Positions 13,286 through 23,439 of a DNA stretch of 64,000 nucleotides are shown piece by piece. The DNA is from Cycas panzhihuaensis. Lineage: Eukaryota > Plantae > Cycadophyta. A program made the translations under genes and the position numbers. Position 1 is the stretch's first letter; each line of letters opens with the position of its first letter. The DNA lies in contig CM041465.1 of NCBI GenBank assembly GCA_023213395.1, forward strand, positions 206,715,741 through 206,779,740. The letters run 5' to 3'. The notes beneath the pieces are model-generated. The model saw only the letters and a program-made list of their open reading frames with translations, was not told the DNA's origin and made no database searches.

Positions 13286-14632
13286 TAGAAGCATAGCTCT
13301 GGGGGGTCACCAGATGCAAAGGGGATCAATCCTATTTAAACAACAACTAGAGGCTAAAAGATCTTCAGGAGCAAGGGTGTCCATGCATCAAAACATAGGT
13401 TTGAGGACCTGCAAATGGCACACAAACCTCCCCTTAAGGTAACCACCTTCTTGATATCACAATGGGTAAAGGGAGGCTCCCTCAGTTTGCTGAGTAGCCT
13501 TAAAATGACCCTCCTATCCTAAATAGCCAAGGAAGGAGGATCGAGCTAGGGGACACCCTTCTTAAGAAAAAGGGAACATAAGAGGTAGGTCTTAATTGAA
13601 AGTAAGGGTACCTATAAGAAAAAAATAAATAAATGGTAATGTAAGTGTAATGGGGAACTTGGAAAAGGGCCAACTTCCAAATAGAGGCAAGGCAAAGTAA
13701 CACCCTACCAAAGGAATGAAAAGGGACCTTAAGGGGGATGCCCCTAAGGTGCCTATACCTAGAAAAGGTGGCTAGATGCAAGGAGTTAGGCAATGCATTT
13801 TTGTTTCTTTGTTTTTGTTGTATAATGAAGTGATATGGTGATATGAGTCATTATTGTCCCTAGTTTGTACTTGAATAAAAAGGAAGAAAAGAACAAAAGA
13901 AGACAACAACTCTCTCTCTCTCTTTCTAGATCCTAGACTTCCTCTCTTTATTTTTTTATAAGCACAAAAAGGAAACAAGTAGGTAGGAAGCATAGGAAGA
14001 GGATGCAAGGACTAATACAAGTTAACCCAATGGCGCATGGGAAAGAGGACAAGTTGGGAGTAGAGGAACCCATAAACTTTCACACTTAAACTCTAGTTAA
14101 TGCAAGGGTTTGAGCTAGGAGAGGGGGATAAAGATGTAATTAGTGGGGATCAATATCTACTTGTGCAAAGTAGTTACCTTTCCCTCTATATGATTGAACA
14201 TGTCAAGCAATGAACAACAAAGTATAAAACTATATTTTCTTTTGTTCCTTCTTTTCTTATTTTGGGAATAAGGTGGGGAAAAGAATGAGTGAGAGGATGG
14301 GATGAAAGAATGCACTTGGAAACTAGATGATTGGTGTAGAGGCCCTTTCACTTTCTATACGATCCATGCTCATCCACCTAACACTCCTTGTTGCAATCGA
14401 TATTGTGAGAGGAATACCAATAGGGCTTCCTTACCTTCCCCAATGTCCAAATGTAGAAAGAACCAAAGGAAAGAAAGAAAGAGTTGCTTATAATAAGGTT
14501 TCAAAATAATTCAATGATAACAAACAAGATATGCATACCTGTTGTGAAGGCCCTTGGTTGCTCCAAAAGGGGTGAAACCTACACAACAAATGGTTTACTC
14601 TCTCCTAAGGGGCACTAGGCATACACGGGAGT

Positions 14633-14680
<48 letters not shown>

Positions 14681-16517
14681 ACACACACACACACACACAT
14701 GTATATGTTTATTTAAAGGAAAACAAGAAAGGAAGTGACCTTATATAAATCCTTCAAATGAGCACAATATACATTGTTAGTTTTTCTTATTATTCATACA
14801 ATTCATTTCAATGATTACGGGAAAAGGGGGGAGAAAGTAAGAAGGGTGGCCTCAGAATGGCAAACCCTTTGAATGATGTATCTCCACGTACCTAAGCACT
14901 TAAGTGGTTGATCAAGAAAGGGGCTAAAATCATCTAATAGTAAAATGGGCAACAAATTTTGTATATGGAAAAGTGTTGTAAAAAGTTGTAAAAGTTGCAA
15001 TGTGCAACTTTTGCAAGATTTTCAAAAGTAAGGATAAGGCTATGTGAATCCAAGGAGATACTACTAAAAACTAGATTTTATAGGGCTATGATGGTTGGTT
15101 GTAGGCATAGCAAGGTGATGCTAATGCTACAACCAACATGGTTACCTATCCCTAAGGATTTCTAGGTGAACAAGGGAGGTATAAGGAGAATAAAAGAAGT
15201 GAAGAGTAGGGGGTTGCCCTTGAAGAGATGGAAAAATGGTGCAAAACCCTACCTGGAACTCTTTTCTCTCTTTACTAGTCTCTTTTCTCTCTACCTCCTT
15301 GAGTGGGACCAAGGGAAACCTTAAGGTGGAAGGGAAAAAGACAGTAAAAGGGAGGGTTTGCCTCTTATAATGAAGAAATAAGAGGTAGCTTCACACAGTA
15401 AATAGAAAAGTAAGTAAAGAAACTCTTATTCTTAAGGAGAAGAAGGATGTACATGCCTAAAACATACTTGGTAAGAATAGATCTAAGGCAGATCTACCTT
15501 GTATGTTGGCTGCGGAAGAGATTTACCTTGGAGGATTAGTGAAGAACCCTTGTAATGACATAAGGAGGGAGCATAACCTATAACAAACTTGATGCTTGAG
15601 ACTTGGTGGAGCACTTATGGGGAAGATCTATCTTGTAAACTCACTACTACAACCCTGCAACTGAGGGTTTTACCCTAAGGAAGAAGATGGTTGGAGTAGA
15701 AGATAGGTACAATAGGAGAGAACCTTTGTTTTTAGAAGTTTTCTTAGAGATGAGGAGGAAGAAGAGGAAGAATGAGGTAAATTTTAGGTTTTTAAACCTA
15801 ACCCTAGCCTAACGGGCGATTAGGGCTTGCCCTGGGTGGGAAACAACTTGGCACCATATGTCAATTTTGCATTTAATATAAAATTAGATGTGGGCAGATA
15901 AAAAAATAAATTTAGATAGTTGCATAAACTTCATGGTACTATAAAGTTTATAGTAGTACCCTAGAATTTGTAGTGGTGCACTCAAAACTAGGAGAAAACA
16001 AAATGGGGAGCTTAGAAGGCTTCCTAAAAAGGGGGCCCTAGACCCTAAAAGGGAAAACCAATATATTACTAAGGTGCCAAGGGTGTTTTAGGACCTAGAG
16101 GGACTATGATGAACAAGAAAAAGGTGGCGATAAGGGCCCAAAAGAAGGACAAGTGGTGAACAAAGATGATGACTGGTCTTAAAGAGGTTGCTAGGGGTCA
16201 CATCATGCCAAGGAGTGATAAAGGTCAGGGTTGCAAGAGCCAAGAGTGCTTGGAGGCATTGTGGATGCATAGTAGAGGGTTACAAGTTACCATGGGATAT
16301 GTATCCCAAGTTGTCATAGGCTAGAATATTCTTTGCAAATATGAATGTGTAGGTAGGCTAGGCACAATGATCATATAATCAGTCAATCAATCAATCATAC
16401 AATGTATATCTATCGATAATCCAACAGCATCCTAAAGCCAATGAAAGTAAGGATAGACACATACCTATACTTACCCGAGGTGAGTCATTTATGTCTATTC
16501 CCGATGGTCAGGAAACA
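13286..16517 (-). repeat. 3' LTR of element B
   Basis: tagaagcatagctctgggggg...ggtcaggaaaca is colinear with 26755-30037. Confidence 0.93.
14635..14699. repeat. (CA)n microsatellite inside LTR
   Basis: Visible dinucleotide run. Confidence 0.95.
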
Positions 16518-16530
16518 CTGCCCTCTTGGC
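16518..16530 (-). promoter_or_regulatory. Polypurine tract of element B
   Basis: Minus-strand gccaagagggcag abuts the 3' LTR start TGTTTCC. Confidence 0.7.
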
Positions 16531-17024
16531 AAAAGAGCCTCACTTCTTAGATGCATGATGTAATGGCGAATGTTAGCAACACAAAGGTTAGTATCATGCA
16601 TCAAAGTATAGTGGTTTCATCATCCAAGGGTGTGGTGAGTGTCATGGAGGAACACGTGGACAAGGAGGAGAGAGGGGTAACATAGGGGCGGCCTATGCAT
16701 CACCCTAGAATGTAATAAAAGAGAGGGTGGATGAGGGGGATACTCCCATCACACCTACGCAAGATGGATGGCATTGACAATCATGAGAATAACAAGATGA
16801 CATACTAGAAAGTAAGATAACATAATAAAAAGCAGGTACAAGTGGAGGTCGACATGTAAGGGCTTCATGCCATAGGTGTTATGAAGGATAAGGTGAAGAA
16901 ACAAACCTAGTGGTCACTATAGTTTAACCTCATTAGTGACTAACTTTTAGAGGTGTGAATGGATCATAGGATAAAGGACAAGACGATCCTAGAACCGAGG
17001 TGATTAGACAACCTGACAGGTCCC

Positions 17025-17447
17025 TTAGAGAGGGTCATCAAGCATAGGGAGATGACACTCGAGGATGCAATGAACAAGACCATTTGACTTAGAGTTTAAG
17101 TCTCGAGGAATATGTTGAACACACACAAAGGTAAAACATGATAGGAGAGTCTTGGTAATCAAAGTGAGGGCTCTCAAATTTGGGTAGCATACCTAGTAAA
17201 GATGGGTGAGCTGTGACATGATGATCTGAGAGTTACAAAAGAGGATGATAGGACCATGGTAGAAATCAAGTGCATTAGTAAGAGCCTTGATAACGATTAT
17301 GTATTCATCTTCATTATTGGTGGCCTTAGGGAGAAAGACTCTAGAATATAAGTAGTCATATGTAAAGGGGTCACAGAGGATCCATGTGATAATAGAAGGT
17401 CCTGGGTTACCACGACTTCCTCCATCAGTAAAGATGAGCAATACCAT
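17025..17447 (-). pseudogene. Stand-alone archaeal/bacterial-type RNase HI (aRH, RVT_3-like), ~140 aa, one in-frame TAG
   Basis: MVLLIFTDGGSRGNPGPS...ATNNEDEY...ILFCNSQIIMSQL...Y*VCYPNL...QHIPRDLNSKSNGLV...DDPL*. All RNase HI motifs are present in order. Two catalytic Asp positions read Asn. Confidence 0.88.
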
Positions 17448-17890
17448 GATGAAGAAATGAGGAACCTCATTAAATGGTGGAAGGAATAATGATGGTAAGA
17501 TCAATAGGTAGAGAGAAAAGAAGAGAGGTAGTGAAGGGGATATAAATCACTCAGAAGGCTATGAATAATGGGTCATGAAGGATAGGAGAGTCCTAAAAAG
17601 AGGCTACCTAGGGATGAGAAAATTGACCTAGTAAAGAGGTAGGAAACGATAGTAAAAAAGGACCCTTTAGGGCCCCAAAGGTTTTTAAAAGGACCAAGAT
17701 GAGGCCTAGAAAAGGGGAGGCACTTCCTTTGGGATCCCCAAAGGCTTGAACGGGTAGCAAGAACAGATCTAGAATGGAAAAATGAGTTAAAGGAGTATAA
17801 ACATGGGTATGTTTTAGAGCGGCACAAAAAATGAGACAAAAGGGGTCTATGAGAGATTGAAGAGGTAGTTATAAATGCACCAAAAAGCTT

Positions 17891-17970
17891 AAAAGGAAGG
17901 CCATAGAGGCAAAATAGGGGATGTACCCTGAAAAAGGAGGCCATAGAGGTAAAACAGGGGATGGACCCTA
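17891..17970. repeat. 40-bp tandem duplication in the spacer between the aRH and PMD genes
   Basis: aaaaggaaggccatagaggcaaaataggggatgtaccctg / aaaaaggaggccatagaggtaaaacaggggatggacccta. Confidence 0.85.
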
Positions 17971-18056
17971 AAGACAAAGGTGATGAGGCCAAAGAAATAG
18001 TCTTGAGGGTTGTCACAGTGGCAAAAAAGGAGAAAGTGCCCCTCGGGGCCCTTGCA

Positions 18057-18064
18057 TATATAAA
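18057..18064 (+). promoter_or_regulatory. Candidate TATA box for the antisense PMD gene
   Basis: TATATAAA lies ~150 nt upstream of the first plausible PMD-gene exon. The call rests on position only. Confidence 0.35.
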
Positions 18065-18199
18065 GGAAGGAGGGTGAAAATGAGATTTATTTTCATCAGC
18101 TCATGATCAATCTAGAGCCCTTCCTTCTATGTAGTGGAGCCCTGCCTGACTTTAGGAGTATACATCAAGAGATTTGTTCATTGGATCAAGGTGAGAAGA

Positions 18200-20029
18200 T
18201 AGCCAACATGACCAGGATGATGAGATGGTAGTGGTGAGGCCAGATCCTGTGAGTGGATCACCCCTTACCTTCTACATTTAATTGTTTTATTTAATGACTT
18301 TTGATATTTTTTAGAGCTTAATTTGGGCCTCTTAAGGGCAAGTTAGGACTCTCTAGAGCTTGAATGAGGCCTAGAGAGGGGGAGGACTAGGACATTAGGT
18401 AGCCCTGGTCCTAGTGGACCATGCCTTGGCCCACTCTAGGAAAGTTTTGAGGTTTTTTAGGCATCACCCATTTTTAGGAGGGAAACAATGGCCCCGTGAC
18501 AAAGATCATGGTGTTGCAAAGTTTGTTATGGGGCTACTCAGGGGATGTAAAAATCTCAGCATGGCCCATGTCAAACTTTATGGTACCATTAATTTTGGCA
18601 TAGGGCAGATAGGAGATGGAGGAAAAAAGAAGAAAAGAGGCCTAGAAGGATGGCTAGCTCACCCAAGTGGAGCAAGGGGTATCCCAAGGGCAACTATATA
18701 TGGTATAGAGAGTATTTAGACTGATACTTGGGTGGTTTTATAGGTGATTCTTATAGTGGACAACTGTGAGAACATTAGAGTTGTGATGATGAGCTTCATA
18801 AAGATGATGTCGTGAAGAGATAGAGGGGTCTTGAGATGTTGCAGGCTCCTAAAGGTCATCAAGACACCTTAATACACATTAGACCAATGTCTCCTAGTGG
18901 ATATAGTCTCCCACTAGGATCATAGGTAATACATTTTCCACCTCCCCCAGGTAGGAGATGTCACTATCATACTAGGGACATCACAAGGATTCTGGAGGCA
19001 CCAACAAGAGGAGTGCTAGTATCATTGGGCACATTGCCTAGTATAGATATCATACACATGGAGGCAGCCATATATTTCATGAGCTAGGGTAGATGGGACT
19101 GATGAAGGTGCTAGTACAAACTATGGTAATGTCCAAGATTCCTTAGGTGAGGAATCTCATTACACTAGCCATTCTATTCTAGATCTCTCAGAAATAGAAT
19201 TACAGGGATATTCCTGGTAGATGGATGGTCACAGTGAGGAGATGCAAGGCTAAGGAGAGATTGGACTAGGCTGCCTTAATAGTAATAAACATAATGGCAC
19301 ATTTGGATGTGATCTAAGTGGCAGGGAGAGGTATTTTTTCATATTATACTCTACTATAATGCTAGTGCTTCGATCACTTTGGAGCAGTGGAATAATCCAA
19401 AGGGCCTCATCCTATCTCAGCACAAGTGCCCATGGTCCACAGGTGGTAGACTTAGTTTAGGGGAACCAAGGATCATGTTCATGTAAGGAGGTCCATGGAG
19501 GTGACATCGCTAGACCTCCTCACCCTAGCATACTATACAATGGACCTATATAGAGGGGTACATTGGGATAGCAATGACATAGTGGGGGATCTTGGAGATG
19601 ACCATGACAAGGTTAGAAGCAATTATGAAGACAATAGAGTAGGCCCATTAGGAGCTACAAGAGGAGAGGTGGGTCCCTCAAGAGTTGCAATAGGGGATAG
19701 GCCACCCCATGCACTAGCATAGAGAGAGAGTGGCAGGCAGAGCTCCAATGGCACTAGTGGCAATGGTAGAAACAAAAGAGGCAATGATAGCTATGATGGA
19801 TAAGGGAGAGGAGGTAGGGGATATCTTAATAAGACATGAGGTAAGAGAGGTGGTACCAGAGGTAGAGGAGGATGGACCAACAACTGAGGAAGGTCTTATG
19901 GAGGAGGTGGTCATCAGAGAAGAGGAGCCAACCGTCCCAAGAGATAAGACACTATCCCTAATCAACATCTTTCAACCACTAACTGCCTAGATAACTTACT
20001 TTAATTTAATTTTGATGCTTTGATATATA

Positions 20030-20065
<36 letters not shown>

Positions 20066-20750
20066 TGTATATATGTATATGTATTAGACTGATGCATGGC
20101 ATGCATGATTTGGCAGGAGCAATAGAGATGAGAAAGTTAATAGAGGCAGTAGTCTAGGAGTTATTCCCCTAGATCTACATGGAGGGACAGCCTCCCATTT
20201 AGGCTAGAGAGGAGCCTCAATCAGTAGGGGCACACATAGTGGAATTCACCCCATTAGTTAGGGCCAAAGATATGTAGGCAATAGAGTCTTACAGACACCA
20301 GATGAGGTAGGACAATTATAGGGAGAGCTAGATGGACTTTGTGTGGAGAGGGGCCAGATAACTACAAAGAGGGACCAGATAACCGTGGAGAGGGATGCCC
20401 TACGAGGCTAGGTCTAGGCGCTAGAGGCTCATGAAGGAGGATTTGCAGGAAGAGATGTAGAGAGTCATATTAGAATTACTATGCTGGAGGAGGGTCTCGA
20501 GAGAGTAGAAGTCGAGAGAGATCGTATCCAGACGAGTTACAATTAACTGGTAGAGCGGGTCGCTACCAGGTCGTCGTAGAGCATGACTTACACTCATATG
20601 ATGACACCAACCCAAAGGAGGCATTAGGACAAGGGGAGCAAGGCAAGGAGCTTACAACAATGTAGGAGGAGCCTATGAGGCATGTGGTCTCCTAGCGAGG
20701 GGTCTCACAGGTGAGGAGACGATACCCCTTAAGGGTAGGGCATCGAGGAG
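18200..20750 (+). pseudogene. Antisense Plant Mobile Domain (PMD, MAIN/MAIL1-like) gene with RGG-rich and coiled-coil C-terminal parts, probably intron-containing
   Basis: Translation from 18882 gives DQCLLVDIVSH*DHR*YIFHLPQVGDVTIIL/DITRILEAPTRG, then RLD*AAL, TLL*C*CFDHF, PMVHRW and LDLLT..YTMDLY. These match PMD motifs LVERW..ETHTFHLP.GE.TITLQDV, WG.A.L, LLQ.W.WEH and LD.L....W.PY. Ends are approximate. Confidence 0.8.
20023..20082. repeat. (TA)n/(TATG)n microsatellite inside a putative PMD intron
   Basis: Visible run. Confidence 0.9.
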
Positions 20751-21557
20751 CTAGATGCATGATTAGTTCTAAGCAGGAAAGCATTGGATCTGTAGGGAGT
20801 CATACCATATGTAGACACATGATCATATTCTTCCCTATAAGGATTCCAACTTCCTCAGGATGATGTAATATATGGATTTGTATGATATGATTCATTATAA
20901 TTATAGACATGGGCTAATTGGTATCCCATTTGACCCATGATGATGGTATAGTGATGGTTTTATGGTATTGCTATATTGTTTATTTGCTTGATTTATTTAT
21001 GCATATGCATGGAGTGGTAGATGCATGGAGATAAATGTGCATGAGTACATGAGGGACTAGGCACTACAATGATTGTAATTGATTGTTATGTATAGCTTTT
21101 ATTGTTACATCATATGGATCATACTCACATTTCCCTTTATGCAGCATCACACTCATAGCGGGCACATATGACCATTGTGTATATAGGTGATAGGCATGTA
21201 TGGGGCTAGGAGAGGGAGATCCATTTATGTTTATTGAAGGAGCAGAATGGATATGCAAGGGAAACAACAACAAGGAGGGAGTATAGATACTCAAGTAGAA
21301 GGCCCTAGTTTGGATACGATTCAGAGCTCGGGAGTGACGAAAGATTACACATCCAAATAAGAGGAGCGGTTTCCCTTAGGAGGGAAACAAAAAAAATGCA
21401 ATACAAATGATGAAACTATAAAGATGAGAGGCCACCTTGAGTTATCATTCCACCTATGGTTAGGAGAAATGGGGACACGCTCAGGGTGGTAGTTTAGGCT
21501 CATTTTAGAGCGAAAGAGGAGAAGGAGTGTGCCTAATCTACTCAGGAGTAGGGAAGG

Positions 21558-22445
21558 TTATACATAGAATTTCTTTAGAAATTTACCATTGATGGCCTTC
21601 TTAAACTCAAGACCCTCTAGAGTTATAATCTTGTAGGAACCATTGTCAAGACTTTTTAGGATGACAAAAGGACCAATCCATTTGGGCCCAAATTTGGAGA
21701 AGTGGTCATGGAGATACTCTAACTTGAGGACGTCATCCCTAAGATGTAAAGCCTGATGCAGGTATTTTTCATACATTCTTTACATCCTAGCTTTAGAGGT
21801 GAGATTCGCTTAATATGCAATGAAATGTTTCTAATCTAAGGCTTCGAGATTAAGGAGGTAAGCTTGGCAATTAGATTCCTCATCGATAAGACTTCAGAAG
21901 GAAACATGCAAGCAGGGAATTTCAGCTTCCAAAGGGAGAATCACCTCAGTTCCATACATGAGGGAGAACGAGATCATCCCTGTGGCCATGCAGATGGAAG
22001 TGTAGTATGTCCATAAAGTAGAGGGAAGTTAAAGGTGTTAATCCTTTTGGGATTGAGCAATGGTTTTCTTTAGGATGCTTATAAGAGTCTTGTTAAAGGA
22101 CTTGATTTGGTTGTTGGCCTGAGGGTAATAAGGAGAGGAAGTCTTATGGGATATCCTAAACTTCCCATAAAGCTCATCTATTTCCTTATTATAAAAAGGA
22201 GTTCCATTATCTGTGATTAAGATATCTAAGACCTCAAATCAAAAGATAGTATTTTGGTAGATAAATGTAGCTATAGTCTGACCAAAAATGGAAGACAAAG
22301 GGATCACTTTGGCCCATTTAGTAAAATATTCCATCGCAATCAAGATAAACTTATGCTATGATGAAGAAGGAGGGGTTATGGACCCAATGAGGTCTAATCC
22401 CCATTAGGAGAAAGGCCATGGAGAGATAAAGGGGTGTAGGGGGTG
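21558..22445 (-). pseudogene. Integrase core and GPY/F C-terminus of element B (HHCC zinc finger missing)
   Basis: SPWPFS*WGLDLIGSITPPSS..HKFILIAMEYFTKWAKVIPL, ITDNGTPF, SPYYPQANNQ and KFGPKWIGPFVI...NGSYKI...INGKFLKKFYV. Confidence 0.92.
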
Positions 22446-23439
22446 TTGCTTTTGTAGCATAGGGTGAGCACCTAGAAAAGTAGTAAGGTTATGGGTGACA
22501 ATGGAAGGGTCTATTCCCTTCATGTCATCATAATCTCATGTGAAGACATCATGGAACTCCTAAAAAAGAAGGGTATACTCCTTCATTTCACTAGGAGAAC
22601 ACTCCGCTCTAACCTTGATGACCTTTCCAGGAGCAAGGATAATGTCCTTAGTTGCCCCTATACACATGGAATTCCCTTCCTCAAAGTGAAAGGGGGCTTA
22701 GTCAATAGGAGGGGAAAAGAAGAAGAAAGGAGGTTTGGGTTAGCTAAGGGTGACCTAAGGGATAAAATCTTCTGGTAACTAAGTTTATGGTGACCAGGAG
22801 GGAGATTGGACGTGGAGCCCACTAGATGCTCTAATAAAGCCTTGTCATTCTCAAAGCAATCTATCTCATGGATAGTTATACTTGGAGAAGATGAGGAATG
22901 AGGAGTAGGAGGAGCATCGAGACCATAATAGTTGACCCACGACTTGATATAGTCAGGAGAGTCTTTATAAGAGTCAGAGGATGATCTCTTATAATAGATA
23001 GTAGGAGGTTCCCTTGTCTTATTACTCGAGGAGGGTAACAAGGTAGAAGGTGAAGTGAGATGGGAAGTCACATATCAGACATGAGAGATGATGCGTGACT
23101 CAGCAGGAGGATTATGCTCCTCAATAGAAGAGGCTTCAGGTTGGGACCTAAAAAGAGGTGAACACCCCCTACTCATGTTCAGGAAGGATATGGGATAAGG
23201 GAGGTGCTCATCCTCATCATCAGACTTATTGTCGCTCAATAGGATGAGGTACCCATAACTCCCCACACCAATAGGGGTGAAGCGAATAAGGTTGGAGGAA
23301 GAGCCTTCTTCCAAGCAAGATGAGTTGGGAATGTCAATGGAGCAAGTGGAAGCATGGGTGGATGGGCCCTTGTTGCCCTTCGCCTAGTCACGAACTACTT
23401 AACGGGGTTGGTGTGATTGCTTAGTGGGAGGAGGCTCCC

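Noticed and set aside
13500-15000. ORFs repeated at 26870-28519 that look like conserved genes
   Set aside because: They lie inside the two LTRs of element B. The similarity reflects LTR identity, the frames are not maintained, and there are no protein motifs.
17193-17504. RNase HI as bacterial contamination or recent horizontal transfer
   Set aside because: It is embedded in a TSD-flanked plant LTR element and shows the same transition decay. Archaeal-type RNase H is a known Tat domain.
18880-19600. Host MAIN/MAIL1 gene
   Set aside because: It lies between the LTRs of element B and is pseudogenised, so it is treated as element cargo.
19730-19990. Acidic ORF (EVVPEVEEDG...) and antisense Ser/Thr ORF 19714-19968
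   Set aside because: These are shadow frames of a GGA/GAG-rich tract. The RGG frame is the one continuous with the PMD motifs and in phase with the next exon.
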